A stretch of 64,000 nucleotides of DNA, from contig CM035352.1 of NCBI GenBank assembly GCA_020137815.1, positions 3,658,001 through 3,722,000 of the forward strand. Reading direction: 5' to 3'. Made by a program: the position numbers and the translations under genes. Origin of the DNA: Hormiphora californensis (lineage: Eukaryota; Animalia; Ctenophora). Numbering within the stretch: the first letter of the stretch is position 1; the number at the start of each line of letters is the position of its first letter. Shown here in pieces: positions 30,854 to 43,494 of this stretch. Below the pieces are notes generated by a model, which was not told the origin of the DNA, did no database searches, and saw only the letters and a list, made by a program, of their open reading frames with translations.

Positions 30854-31885
30854 ATGAGAATGATGAATACATCTGGAGATCAGGTTAACACCACCTACCC
30901 TCCCCTTGGTGACCTCCCCGGGGACATCATGGCTGGTGAGATCTTCCTAATCATCCTCTCCATCCTAACCATTCTCCCTGGGATACCATCGTGCATCCTC
31001 CAACTCATCTACCTAATATCCACCAGATCTGGAGGAGGACACTCCCTGGTCTCCACTCTCTTCCTATCTGTGTGTGCGGTGGACCTGGTGATTCTGATCA
31101 CCCATCTTCCTGCTACTGTCAGTCTGGTGACGTCACGAAGTGCTCTTCTCTTCTCATCAACTCTGTTCTGTAAAGTGTGGGGCGTGGTGTGGTATACCGC
31201 CAGTAGGTTATCAGTTGTCCTCATAGCTCTACTCAGTATCACCAGATCACTCTGTCTGATAAGGCCCTTTGCTCAACCCCCTAAGTCCCGTCACATGATA
31301 ATTGTGATTGTGGCTGCCCTGGCTCTACTTCTGATCATCTATGGGGCTCCAGTCTTGTTTGGCGGGACGTATGAGTTTGCATCTACAGCTTGCCTTCCCA
31401 TGCCAGCTAATTTCGGCCCAATATCTGATTCCATCTACCCGTCTTTCCTACTCCTTCCCTTCCTAGTGATAACGATTAGTTGCGGGGTCTCTGTAGCAGC
31501 AATCCGGTACTCCCACAACAACTCTACCACAGACACCCAAAAACAGGGCGCCACGACCACGATTATCCTCCTAACCACGCTCTATCTGGTGTGCAATGTA
31601 CCCCAGATAATGTACCTATCGGGATTTGTTATCCAGCAGGCTGGCCTCGACACCAAATCTCTATCTGACTTCCTGTTTGTCTACCTAGATCCGATATCTG
31701 ATAGCCACGTGTTCGCACATTTGTTTGTTTTTGCTGTGAATGTGAGTGTACCCGTGAATTCTACAGCGAATTCACTGCTGTGGATTTATAGGTCCCGGGG
31801 CATGAGAGCTTGGTTGTGGAAGCTTGCTGGGAGGTCTGCAGTAGGGCCAGGGGGTAGAACAATGAGGAACGAGAGTCGGACTTAG
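30854..31885 (+). CDS. Class A (rhodopsin-like) orphan GPCR, intronless CDS, 343 aa
   Basis: Seven hydrophobic segments; N-terminal N-glycosylation sequons (NTS, NTT); TM2 'AVDL', TM3 'C..WG...S...LS.TR', TM5 'LLPF', TM6 'CNVP', TM7 'NSTAN'. Confidence 0.88.
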   Translation: MRMMNTSGDQVNTTYPPLGDLPGDIMAGEIFLIILSILTILPGIPSCILQLIYLISTRSGGGHSLVSTLFLSVCAVDLVILITHLPATVSLVTSRSALLFSSTLFCKVWGVVWYTASRLSVVLIALLSITRSLCLIRPFAQPPKSRHMIIVIVAALALLLIIYGAPVLFGGTYEFASTACLPMPANFGPISDSIYPSFLLLPFLVITISCGVSVAAIRYSHNNSTTDTQKQGATTTIILLTTLYLVCNVPQIMYLSGFVIQQAGLDTKSLSDFLFVYLDPISDSHVFAHLFVFAVNVSVPVNSTANSLLWIYRSRGMRAWLWKLAGRSAVGPGGRTMRNESRT

Positions 31886-32135
31886 GAAAATGTTGAACAA
31901 TTTCATGGAGTGTTTTTTGTAACTTTTATAGTTTATAGAAAGTTTGTGTTTTTCATTTTCCTTACTCTGTCTCAGGGTTTAAACAAAACAAGTTTTCATT
32001 TATTTTCTCGTCTTTGACATTATTGTTTTTTCGTTGATAGAGAGATAGAATTATAGTGTTAAGTTGTTACAGTTGAAAAACCAAAAACAATAATTTCAGG
32101 AGCTGTCCAACAGTGACTTGTGATCCATCATGTGC

Positions 32136-35100
32136 TTATCGGTATACGTTATCTGCAACTTGGAGTAGGACATCCTTGAAAAGATTACCTGGAATGAAAT
32201 GTGGATTGTTTGCGGAGGAGTTTGGATTGTTTGCGGAGGAGTTTGGATTGTCTGCGGAGGAGTTTGGATTGTTTGCGGAGGAGTTTGGATTGTTTGCGGA
32301 GTAACAGGTATGTGTTTTACCTGTAATACCGGGTCTCTCCCGTTCAGTAGTTGTTTCTTCCTCGATTATAATTCCAATTGCGATCATAAGTGCGGTGTCA
32401 ATGTACGGTTCAACCTCTACATAGTAGCTGTCGGTGCCAAAGGACCAGTGTGTCAGGTACTCCAGATCCTTCTTTATTCTGGCCCACTGCTTATCCTCGT
32501 GAATGTTCATAACCTGCAATTAATATATTTAAGATACAAGACAAGTTTGAATTGGGTTTAGAATTAGGATATTTTGGTAATTACCTGGAATCCTTCCTCG
32601 ATAGATTTGCCAGTTAGTTTGAGGAGAGGTTTAATTCCTTCTAGCTCAACAGGTTCAAACTCTTTAGGGTATGGTGGCAGATGAACGTACCTGGAGGGGG
32701 GATATTATTATAATAGGAGGGTCAGGAAGAATAAAACGAATTAGTTCAGCATCTCTTAAAATAAATCAAACGACTAATTCTGGTTAGGGTAAAATTCTTC
32801 TCCCACAAACAAGTTAAAAACAATCCTACACTCAACAATCTGAATTATCATTACACCTAGTTTTTTCTAATTCTATCTGCCGTTCCCGCTCCTCTCTAAG
32901 CAGCCTAAACAAGTGCATTATGCTCATAAACCCTTTATATTCCAACTTTATCGGACCCTGATTGACCTTCTTTGCCCTGTCCGCACTAAATCTCCTGTCC
33001 TGTTTCGCAGAGAGTGCTTTAGTGATAAAGATGTCGCTCATGGTCCACAGTCTGCACTTTGGCACCTTTTTACCCTTCCAAGATAGTTTGTACTGTTCGA
33101 TTTTCAGCTTGTTCGTCTTTACTTTTGACTTATCCAAACACAAATTCTCCATCGCCACTTTTTTGTCTCTCAACTCTATTAGGTCAAACATGATCTGGTC
33201 CGGCTCGAGAGACGCCATCAGGTTCTTAAACTTCTCACTGAAAAACTGGTACACCGCGTAGTCTACCCTATTGCTGTGCCGCAGTAGTTCCAAGGTATCA
33301 TCAGAGAGTCCTGTGTCGGTAGCTGGACCTTTGATTGATCGAGTCATTTTCTTGATGTACGGCAGATCATCAAGATTCCATCCCAACATGTATCGGAGTA
33401 TCATGAGACCCTTATCGAACTCTTCAGTCAACATGATCAGATCAAACTCCTTGTCCAGCCAGGTAATGAAGGCGGTGATGGCGCTAGATTCATCCCTGTA
33501 TCTCAGTGGGAAACTCGAGAACCCAAGATCAAATGACATTGGGTTAACTTTGTTGTTAACTGTTAACCGTGCAGGATCGATTTCACTAAAAAAGAGAAAG
33601 AGAGTATCATCTAATGTTTGATTCGCAGTTATGTGCTTCTCCTCCCGCATCTTTACATCGTGTTTATAGAACAAGAAGTTCGATACAAACTGGGTGGTTG
33701 GGTCTCTGATGATAGTGAAATAAAGAGTTTCCGATCGGGGGAGAATTTTGTGGACGGTCTCTGCGTTGTATCCTCCCAATCCAGACCGTCTTCTCTGATG
33801 TTGACACAAAATATCAAATTGTTCCCCAGGTCTGAGGGTTTGAGGGGTCATGTCCGATATAAACTGATGTTGGTAGGGGGTCAACACAAAGTTTAGATTC
33901 CTCGATATCCCATAGTTGTAGATTAACATCGCCAGGGAGGACGTCCCACATTTGTGTGTTTTGAAAAACATGAGTTTCCGTTTCCCCGTGTACAAACTCC
34001 CGGGAGGTCTGTGTTCGACTACAGTACGAGTTTTGGATGGTAGAAAGGGTGCCAGGGGTTTCGGGAAGGTGGCCGTGTGGCGGAGGTATAGGATGGAGTA
34101 GAAGGAAAATACGAAACAGAGGACCATGATCCACCCAAGGAGAGGGTACGCCTTCATCTTTCTGTAGCATGTTAGTGGTGTTTTTATGTTCAGACAAAAA
34201 CGTACTACAACACGCATGTTCAATTGTGTGCTAGGCTTGTATTGTGAAGGTGTTTGGTAGCCAGCGTGGGTGGAACAAAGTAAGCAGATCTAGAGAAGCT
34301 ATATCTGCAGATAGCTTCTCTAGAAGATCAAGAAGCAAATACACTAGGTCACTCTGCTGCAGAAATCCAACAATATGGTAGGCTCTCTGGCAAGGGGATT
34401 CAAGTGGGCACGTGTAGGCAAAAAGATAACTCTGTGTAACGCATATGGGTTACATATTGTGTATACATTGCCAAACTTTTGAACCCGATTTGTTCTGCAA
34501 CAACAGAACTAAAACAGAGAAAATTGTGGTACTGATCGCTACCCGCCTCCGAGTTTGCTTTCCTCTCCCTCTTTTTACATCCATATCTCCCTCTATCTAT
34601 GATCTCTCTCTCTCCCTCTTAGTAGAGTCGATAACTACATCGACCTCTCCTAATTGTTCCAGTTTTTGTCACATCAGTTTGGAGCCTCGACACGACCTCT
34701 AAACAGGAGTTACTTTTTCACAAACTGTTTTCATCTTGGTGTAATCAGCAGTTGAAATGTTGTTGATCATAACAAAAACCTGACTAAATTTTTTCAACTT
34801 GGGGTAAAACCATGGGTGTCAAAAGTTAGGTCTAGGTCCCCTGAGTAACCATCCGGAGACTCCAAGAGATATTTCAAGCCGTTCTCCTGTAATCATTAAT
34901 CCCGGTAGAGCACATATTTGAGTATGGACGTACGTGCAATTGCCTACAACCTCAACTTTAATGTATAACGTTAATGTGCGTCTCTCTCTTTTCTCCCCCT
35001 TGAGAAAGAGTTATCTCGCGCGGCGCAACCGCACGTGCGGTTTTTCCAGAGAGAGTGAGAGACATACAATAACATGTAAACAGCCTGCCAGCGCTCACGT

Positions 35101-36156
35101 ACGTCCGCATTGTATTTTTTTCTCCACCGGGATTAATGATTGCGGGAGAACGGCTTGAAATATCTCTTAGAGTCTCCGGATGGTTACTCAGGGGACCTAG
35201 AGCTAACTTTTGACACCCATGGTTTTACCCCAAGTTGAAAAAATTTAGTCAGGTTTTTGTTATGATCAGCAACATTTCAACTGCTGATTATACCAAGATG
35301 AAAACAGTTTGTGAAAAAGTAACACCTGTTTAGAGGTCGTGTCGAGGCTCCAAACAGATGTGACAAAAACTGGAACAATTGGGAGAGGTCGATGTAGTTA
35401 TCGACTCTACTATCTATCTCATTGTAATAATGCACGTGTTTATATGAGGCATAAACTCTGGCCACTGGCGCGTTATTTCAGATAACTTTCTCCCAGCGCG
35501 CCGCTGGGAGAAGTTAGCTGGAGTTTATCCGCCGCTGGCGGATAAACTGGTTTAAATCACGACGACGATCCCGAGGCGGAGCCGAGGGAGAGGCGGAGGG
35601 GTTTAAACCTATAACGTGCCAGTGGTCAGAGTTTATGGGTTATATACCCTGCTTTAGTTGTTTATTTCAAGTATTACACACCAACAAGAGAGAGAACACT
35701 AATCAAAACACACAAAGAGAACTGAGAAATAGTTAAAAACACGTCACAATTGAGTGTACACTGTTTGGTAACAGTTACTAAGCAGTTGCTAAGGAAAGAG
35801 AGTGAAAGAAATAGCCTGATAAGGGGCATGTCATAAATAACACAGAGAAAGAGATAGTGAGACAAAAGGGGAGATAAAGAGAGAGTGATTGACGGAATGT
35901 GTCCTTTCTTTCTCTCCAATGTAGTGTGTAAGTGTTGCACATAGTGTTCCCTCTGTATTTTAGTAAGAACTGATCATTTACACACACTTTGAATGTTACG
36001 TAGGAGTTAAAAATAAATAACCTGCCAGTGGGAAATAATCTGCCGCTGGACTGGCTGGTTATCGAGAGCGCGCTAGTGGGACTTCTCGCCACTGGCGCAT
36101 TATTTAAGTTAGCAGGGTATATAATAGTTCGAGGTCATGTAAGAAAGATTAGCAAA

Positions 36157-36196
<40 letters not shown>

Positions 36197-36800
36197 AGAG
36201 GCTAGATCTGGAGCTGTAGAATATATGTACAAGAGACACTAGACACTAGACAGCTGTATAGAATGTGAACAAGAGACACCAGACACTCTAGTAGACAGCT
36301 CACGGAGCAGGCATTACAATGTGATTCACATGTACAACAATTCAAGGATCGTGTGGACATTCAGCACAGACATCCCATAATGTAGACATGTAGACATGTA
36401 CATAATTGTGCTCATGGAGAAGGTTTGATATACTCGACAGTATATAGCTCTATGTCGGCACTTTAATCGATTGCAAATTTATACTTGTGACATTACACGG
36501 GCATTATTACACTTTAGGTAATGTGTTGAGCTGCATCGTGCAGAAGAACAAGCAATGTAATTATGATGAGATTAGTAAAGTAGCCGTGTCGTGATTTGTG
36601 AGGCTCTGTGAGGGTTCGGTAGATCAAGTCATGATGTCAATCTCTTAACGACGCTAGAGCTAACTTGAGTTTCATGGTTTAGTGGGACACAGTGGGCCCA
36701 CTGTGCACCAGCTGGATTGAGGTGTGAGAAAATGTGGAACAGTACACCGTGGTGGAAAGGAAGTAGAGAGTGAGAGGAGTGAGACTTTTTAAAGAGTGTG

Positions 36801-36877
<77 letters not shown>

Positions 36878-36880
36878 TGA

Positions 36881-36926
<46 letters not shown>

Positions 36927-37410
36927 TGACGTGTAGCTGAATGGTAGTTAGTTCGTTTAGCAGTTATAGTAGCAACTTATAGTTATACGTCAAGAGCGGA
37001 TTCATTGACATTAATGATTAAAGAATGTCAAATATGGTGAAAGATCGATCATCTTGAGTGCGGGGAATAAAGGGTCAATATTAGATAAATCGAGATTAGA
37101 TCACAAATTAATTTGAGCATCTTCTAATTCTGGTGCAGATGATGGAGTAAAGTACATTGATTTGGCAATAATTCTACATTTAGCCCTTCCGCTTGTCAAA
37201 TGGAGAATCATTACGAACGTGGATACACATGATTTTAGAGACCAGAATCTTGGGGAGATGTAGTAAAACAATGAGGTAACGACACAACGTTCAATATGGA
37301 TAACCCGTAACGAGTAGAGCGAATATATGAATGGTTACACCGCATTGAACTACTGCTTTTTAGGTTAATCTCTCTCTTTCTCTCTCTCTCTCTCTTTTTC
37401 TCTCTCTCTT

Positions 37411-37509
<99 letters not shown>

Positions 37510-39734
37510 TTTCCTCTCTATCATATTGATTATTGCGGCTTTTCCATTTATGGCGCTTTGCACAAGGAATCAATCATGGAAGTTTCCCTCCTCTTCTACT
37601 ATACATGCTGAACTACTGCCAATATATGAATCGACTAGGTACCATGTTACCCAGTTGTAACTTGTTGAGTATAAAGTTGTAACCGGCCAATATAATAAAT
37701 AGGTCGCTCATGTGTAAATAATAACATTCTTTTTATGCAAATCGTTATGCAAGAATCGTTATGCAAGAATACAACACCCCTGTCCCCTTTAGTCAACAAT
37801 AGTATTATTTTAACTACAATATATTAAAGACTCCATTATAATGTACTACATTAACTGACAACCGTATAGTAGTATTATGCACTAAAGTTGGGCTATTAAA
37901 CAGTAATCACGACATATAATTAATTAAAGACTCCATTAGGGACCAACTTACATAAAGTACACTTACACGTTACAAGAGTTGCCAAAGAACCGTTTCTGCA
38001 TGGACACAACAGCACGTCTCTCTGAAAGATTATCTCCACCAAGAACCGCCCACATAGACTTGATAAAATCATACCTGTAACAACAATTGGATCACTTTTA
38101 CAAACCCATTAGGGAGAGGGTAAACTGGGGTAATTTGGTACATTTTTCAAACCCAGTACCGCGGGAATAGGATCAGTGATCTGTGTCTGACGATGCCGGA
38201 TATATATCATGTACAGTCGGACCCCGATTTAGGGACACCCTTGGGGGAAAGGCTGTTGTCCACTAAATCGGGGTGTCCACTAAATTGGGGTCAAATTAGG
38301 TTAATTTCTTATATCAGGGGAAAAAAACTTGTCCCTAAATCGGGGTGCCACTAAATCGGGGGGCCCTAAATCGGGGTCCGACTGTACTTGCAACATCACA
38401 GCTACCCTACCTGAGTCCCATGGTTGGTTTTCCGTCCTGATCGGTTAGCACCCTCTCCCTCCTAATGTCGTAATGTTCTGCCTCAACTCTAAAGTGGAAC
38501 TTATTCCTCTTGTCCACAATGTTGAAGGTCGATTTGATGTGTTTGGCATTAAACATGTCTCTTCGCAACACTATCGTCTGTGGAGGGACGTGGTGGTCAG
38601 TACATTATTTGGGGGGGGGGGGGGGGGCAATCACTCGACTGCCCCCCCCCCCCCAATTTACTGAACGGTCTGGTAGTGCTTCAGATTTAACTTAAATTGT
38701 CCAAAAATTTGAGTGTGTACGAGCCACGACTATATTGGGCTAAGCTGCGTCGGAAAAGTTCTGAACCCCTATACCTTTTTGCCTGGCTAGACTGTGTTTC
38801 GGGCGCCCCTACCTTTACAAATGTAAAGGGAGGGTTAGAACATAACAAATACCTTTCGTTTTTCATAGATGTGGTCCTCTCCAATGACGGGGAGAATGTA
38901 GATGGCCTCTGGGTCAAACTCTGACGCCTCCTCGTCCGAAGAATCAGCGTACTCAGAGGGAAGTTTGAAATCTTCCTCCATGGGCTCCGCTCCAAGTTTC
39001 CTTAGAATGGGACGACCATAGGGCAACTTCCTGAGGAGGGGGTAATAGTGGGTTTCCTGAGGGGGGGGGGGTAATACATAGTGGGTTTTCTGAGGGGGGA
39101 TAATATGGCAACTTTCTTAGGGGGGGGGGGGTACTAGGGCCATTTCCGGGGGGGGGGGGGGGTGGTACTGGGTTTCCTGGGGAAAAGGGTCAGCGTGCTG
39201 TCTAAGAGATTCAACTTACGCAAGGAGTCCGAGAGCCATGCCTCCCTTCTTCACCTCCTGACCCTCAGTGGATACCGATGGTTCAGGGATCCTGGGGTCT
39301 TCCTCTTGATCTTCCTCCTCTAACGGGGGAAACATACAAACTGTCAGAGCATTTAGTTGGCGTGACCTTATCCTGAGGATAAGGTCACGCCAACTAAATG
39401 GATACTATCCTCATTTCTTTCAAATAAGGTGCGTGAGAACAGCGGTCAGCGCATTGGCCGGACAGGTTAAAAACCAAATCAATAAAATCTGTTAGACTGC
39501 GAGATGAGTGGCATCGCTCTGACAGATTATCACTGTTTCCTGTCAAATATTACCTTTGTCTGTCACTGAATTTGCCGTGGATGGCGATTTGACAATCTGG
39601 CTGAGGGCATTGCCCCACACTTTCCGTACACTTTTATCCTCTGGATCGACCGTGACCTTGTAGTTGGTTCGGTTAACATAAAAATACTTTTTGAGAGAGG
39701 ACCGTCTCTGATCCGTCTCCTGTTCCAGCTTCAT
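32136..39734 (-). CDS. LURP-one-related / scramblase-like (tubby C-terminal-like fold) protein, ~361 aa
   Basis: Phase-consistent exons 39734-39554, 39319-39220, 39030-38853, 38577-38411, 38074-37967, 32690-32585, 32513-32321, 32188-32136. Motifs 'FNIVDKRNKFHFRVE..RVLTDQDGKP' and 'ARIKK...FGTDSYYVEVEPYIDTALMIAIGIIIEE'. Confidence 0.78.
32200..32301. repeat. 21-bp minisatellite (tggattgtttgcggaggagtt, ~5 copies) in a 132-nt intron
   Basis: Direct tandem repeat. Confidence 0.9.
32832..34157 (-). CDS. GAL3ST: Galactose-3-O-sulfotransferase (GAL3ST/cerebroside sulfotransferase family), type II membrane protein, ~441 aa, intronless
   Basis: N-terminal TM segment after MKAYP; 5'-PSB 'FFKTHKCGTSSL'; 3'-PB 'TIIRDPTTQFVSNF'; 'FDLIMLTEEFD'; 'NRVDYAVY'. 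Family-level call only. Confidence 0.9.
   Translation of the reverse strand: MKAYPLLGWIMVLCFVFSFYSILYLRHTATFPKPLAPFLPSKTRTVVEHRPPGSLYTGKRKLMFFKTHKCGTSSLAMLIYNYGISRNLNFVLTPYQHQFISDMTPQTLRPGEQFDILCQHQRRRSGLGGYNAETVHKILPRSETLYFTIIRDPTTQFVSNFLFYKHDVKMREEKHITANQTLDDTLFLFFSEIDPARLTVNNKVNPMSFDLGFSSFPLRYRDESSAITAFITWLDKEFDLIMLTEEFDKGLMILRYMLGWNLDDLPYIKKMTRSIKGPATDTGLSDDTLELLRHSNRVDYAVYQFFSEKFKNLMASLEPDQIMFDLIELRDKKVAMENLCLDKSKVKTNKLKIEQYKLSWKGKKVPKCRLWTMSDIFITKALSAKQDRRFSADRAKKVNQGPIKLEYKGFMSIMHLFRLLREERERQIELEKTRCNDNSDC
34622..35410. mobile_element. Fold-back element with ~280-bp TIRs
   Basis: TA|GTAGAGTCGATAACTACATCGACC...GGTCGATGTAGTTATCGACTCTAC|TA. Arms at ~34620-34905 and ~35127-35412. Confidence 0.88.
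35451..36110. mobile_element. Probable non-autonomous repeat with internal inverted repeats (superfamily uncertain)
   Basis: ataaactctggccactggcgcgttat / ataacgtgccagtggtcagagtttat inverted pair, hairpin-like ccgaggcggagccgagg, and the gccactggcgc motif again at ~36088. Confidence 0.4.
38214..38384. mobile_element. CAGTCGGACCCC MITE copy
   Basis: TA|CAGTCGGACCCCGATTTAG...GGGGTCCGACTG|TA. Confidence 0.85.
39341..39524. mobile_element. Small element with CTGTCAGAGC ends and an internal perfect palindrome; related to the repeat at ~3390-3470
   Basis: ctgtcagagc...gctctgacag ends; core gcgtgagaac..ggtcag.gcattggcc.gacagg shared with the 3.4-kb copy. Confidence 0.55.
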
Positions 39735-40745
39735 GGTTCGAGCTGAATGGGTGATTGGTGGAAAGGGATGTTTGATTGATGGAAAGGGGGATGTTTGATT
39801 GGTAGAAAAGGGGGCGGAGGAGCTTTCAGCGCGATGACTGACACTGTCAGTGACAGGAAAGAATTGTGAATGAAGCTATAAAGAAATCAGACAGAGGCAT
39901 TTTAGTTGTGCAAATGCTCTAAAAATATAAAAAATTAACTGATTGTTTCATAGCCACTGAATTCATTACTGGGACTTGGACTAGAAAATCACTGTGTTTG
40001 TATGATACAGATAGACATGTACAGACAGCTCGTGCAGGACAGACTCAAGGAAAACAATTGTTGATAGTTGTGAAAAAAGTCTCCCACTACCGGAGGTAGA
40101 GGTAGAGTCACAGTACAACTCGATATCACGCTAATATTACAGTATCTAATCTATCTAATCTATCATAACTATGCTTCAATTATTACATGACTGTCCCTGA
40201 TCTCACCAACACAATTTCACTTTCCGATAAAATTTTACAAAACTGATGTTTAATTGTCCCTGATGATCTCACGACTCACTATAAGCCATGTCTCACAAAC
40301 ATAGTTCACGTTACAAAAGGTCCGTTAAAACAGCGAAAAGGGTCCACACGGCGCACACAAAAACTAGGACAACAGTCCTCTCCATAGCAAATGCAACTCT
40401 CTCCAGCAGCAGCATGTAGTTCATGGTCCTGAAAATATAAGAGTTGTAAGCCCCAAATATAAGAAGTAAAATTGAAGGTACAATGTATAGTGTGCAGATT
40501 TAGACAACGGAGAGCAGTGTTTAGACAATTTGGAATAAACAGAAATAAGTGAGGAGGGTTTACTACCTTCTGCAGCTTAGTAATGGCAAGATCGATGGCA
40601 TGCCCGAGCAGCTCCACCCAATTAGCCCTGCACCTCCACTTGAAATTGGGATAATGAGATCCCAATTAACATACCTCCACACAAACATGCCCGAACATGT
40701 CCGATCCTGCCCCCAAGTTTCACATGCCAGTCTGGGTTTCATGTA

Positions 40746-40828
40746 CAGTCGGACCCCGATTTAGGGACACCCTCGGGGGAAAAAATCCTGTCCCTAAATC
40801 GGGGTGCCACTAAATCGGGGTCCGACTG
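40746..40828. mobile_element. Internally deleted CAGTCGGACCCC MITE
   Basis: Same TIRs and TA flanks as the other copies; 83 bp. Confidence 0.85.
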
Positions 40829-41186
40829 TATTTCAGTAACAACGGAGAGTAAGCTTTACAGGTGCCAGCTGTATGCCAGTACGGGTTTTTTTACCGATAT
40901 TATAATCTAGAGAAATAATTCTTCACAGTCGTCTTGGAAATTTGCATATTTGTATAATTTTTCTTCTTTCTCCCCCGCCCCCTTTCTCTCTATTTCTCTT
41001 TTTCTCTCTCTATTTTTCTCTTCCTCTCCGTGAAAAGTCACGTGATAGGCGAACGTTTGCACATTCTAACACTAATCCTAGTTTACAGCTAATTCAAATT
41101 AATTTGGCCCAATTTTTCTTCGATTCCATTGGTTAAAGTGACACCAGAGTGCTGCAATTTCTGCCTTTCTCTCATTCTCATTCTCC

Positions 41187-41267
<81 letters not shown>

Positions 41268-42203
41268 CCTCTCTCTCTCCCTCTATCTATTTCTCTGCCT
41301 GTCTTCCCCATCTATAAAAACAGCGTCCACCCATGCGAGTAATAATTGTATCGCTAATTTTTCACCCGGCGAAAACTCGAGTTATAGCTAAACGCAAAAT
41401 TAACTGAGTACTGCGTTTAAAGCCACGCAAAGCGACTTATAATTGGACGTTAATTAACTTAATAGAGGCCGAGTTATACTGCACCATGCGTTCAACAAGA
41501 ATTCATTTAGTTTCAACTTGGTTTGTTATATAGCGACATTGTTGCTAAGTGACAAGAATTCAGTTAGTATAAGTATAACTTGGTTTGTTTGGGGTTTGTT
41601 TATATCGACAAACAACTCCTAACTGCTGGTTTGATCTTGTTGGTTCACGTTCATACGAAGGTCTTCTGTTATTTCGGAAAACAGTTCACAGTGCTTCGAA
41701 ATGCAACACGCGGCTCATCAAGGCCTTTTTGGGTGGTTTCATATACAGTGATATAGTGTTGAAGCACATGACCGATTATATGATCACCTAGTCTCTGAGT
41801 GTCGAGGGGTGCAGTTTTCTAGCTGCTCGTAGTTCACTGGCAATATATGATTCCAGGAGGGCAGGGTTACATCGTGTTTCTTTACTAGCCTGTCAAAATG
41901 TTACTGCTTTGCCTTTTAAAGCTGAGATGTAATTGTAACCAAGCTGCTCAAACTTGACTTACTTGACTTGAAGTTGAAGTCAAGTCATAATCTGCAGGGT
42001 TCGTGATTGAAGTGTCGAGGGTCCAGACGAATTAGTATCTCCTTATTTTAGTGTAAGATTCAGACGCCAAGTATTCGAGATTTAAGGGCTACTGCCTAGC
42101 GCTCTTTCAGTCCTCTCATTAGTCCTTGGGTTTTAGCCTTTCCACCTCTCATCACCTCAAGCTATATCGTGGGTATGATTATATATATAGCGTCCAACTC
42201 CGT

Positions 42204-42299
<96 letters not shown>

Positions 42300-42313
42300 G
42301 GAGGGAGAGAGAG

Positions 42314-42395
<82 letters not shown>

Positions 42396-43297
42396 CTATT
42401 GGAAGATAGTCTCATACTAGAGCCTTCATCATAACGCTGGAGAGAAGATAGTAAGAGCGTTAGGGAGCTTCAATTCTCTTCTCTCCACATCCCAGTCTTC
42501 GCTTGAGAAAGAGGGAGAGAGAGAGAGGAAGAGAGAGATGGGTAATTTGCGACTCTCCTTCTCCCTCTACCAATCGGAAGGCTCCTAAGTCACGTGACAG
42601 CTCCATCGCTGTTAGCAGTCTCTGAGAGAGTTATCCCTAAGATGACCACTAGGAGATATAGCAGTTGTGCTGTGACAGAACACACATATCATGAGCATGT
42701 CAATACTTTGCTGTTGCGATTTATATCCAGCAGCTTTTTTTACTCTACCATGGCTCAGTTAGATGATATCTTATCATATACATTTTTAGTCTTTTCTCCG
42801 CGAATAATATGTATGTGAGATCGATCTCAGTCGTGCACGACGTCGATCTCACTCAGGTATCAATGTGACCAAATTGATCATTGGGTCACTAATCCTAAAT
42901 CTGACATCATCTACATATTATTTATGGCCCCATATAATTCTCAAGCCGTGAATAAGTCTCATGGTGGCTTACAGGCTTGGGTCAGCTGCCTCTTGGATAA
43001 TTCAGGCTGTCACCACCTCATACATTCGATTCACGGCCATAAGTATAAATTCAGCCGCTAATAAATGTAAAATAATATATGGCCATAAATTCGAATAGTG
43101 TTTGCTACTCTTCAATTTGGACTTCGGTTCCTCACTTGTTAGGTTGATTTTGTATAGTCATTGTTTGACCTCTATTATATTGAACACGTTCCTATTTAGG
43201 TACAATTCAGCCCAGCCTTTTAGTTATTTAGTTCGTTTTACCATCCCTCCTATTAAAAACCCCTTCCATTCCCTATATAGGCAGCAGCTGAGCTAGA

Positions 43298-43340
43298 ATG
43301 GCGGAGACACCGACGGAACACGATTATTCGGCATGGAAAG
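43298..43340 (+). CDS. Candidate alternative first coding exon of the myosin heavy chain (MAETPTEHDYSAWK)
   Basis: Acceptor at 43280, then ATG and a strong phase-1 donor AAG|GTAAGT that matches the phase-1 acceptor at 48604. Confidence 0.55.
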
Positions 43341-43494
43341 GTAAGTGTTACTTTCCAGCCTCCCCCGGCGCAACTAAGAATGAAATTACCATGGTACCTT
43401 ATACACAAAACCGTATTATATCAGAACCGTATACATCAACCCGGCCACTTCTCCTGTGTACCACATCCCCCAACTGCCAACACATTCACCTCCT

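Noticed and set aside
37103-37117. ACAAATTAATTTGAG, reminiscent from memory of a ctenophore spliced-leader 3' end
   Set aside because: Short AT-rich match with no following GT donor or Sm site; cannot support an SL RNA gene.
40306-41790. Possible small minus-strand exons (splice-like signals near 40427, 40567-40638 and 41152)
   Set aside because: No consistent reading frame or recognisable protein could be assembled.
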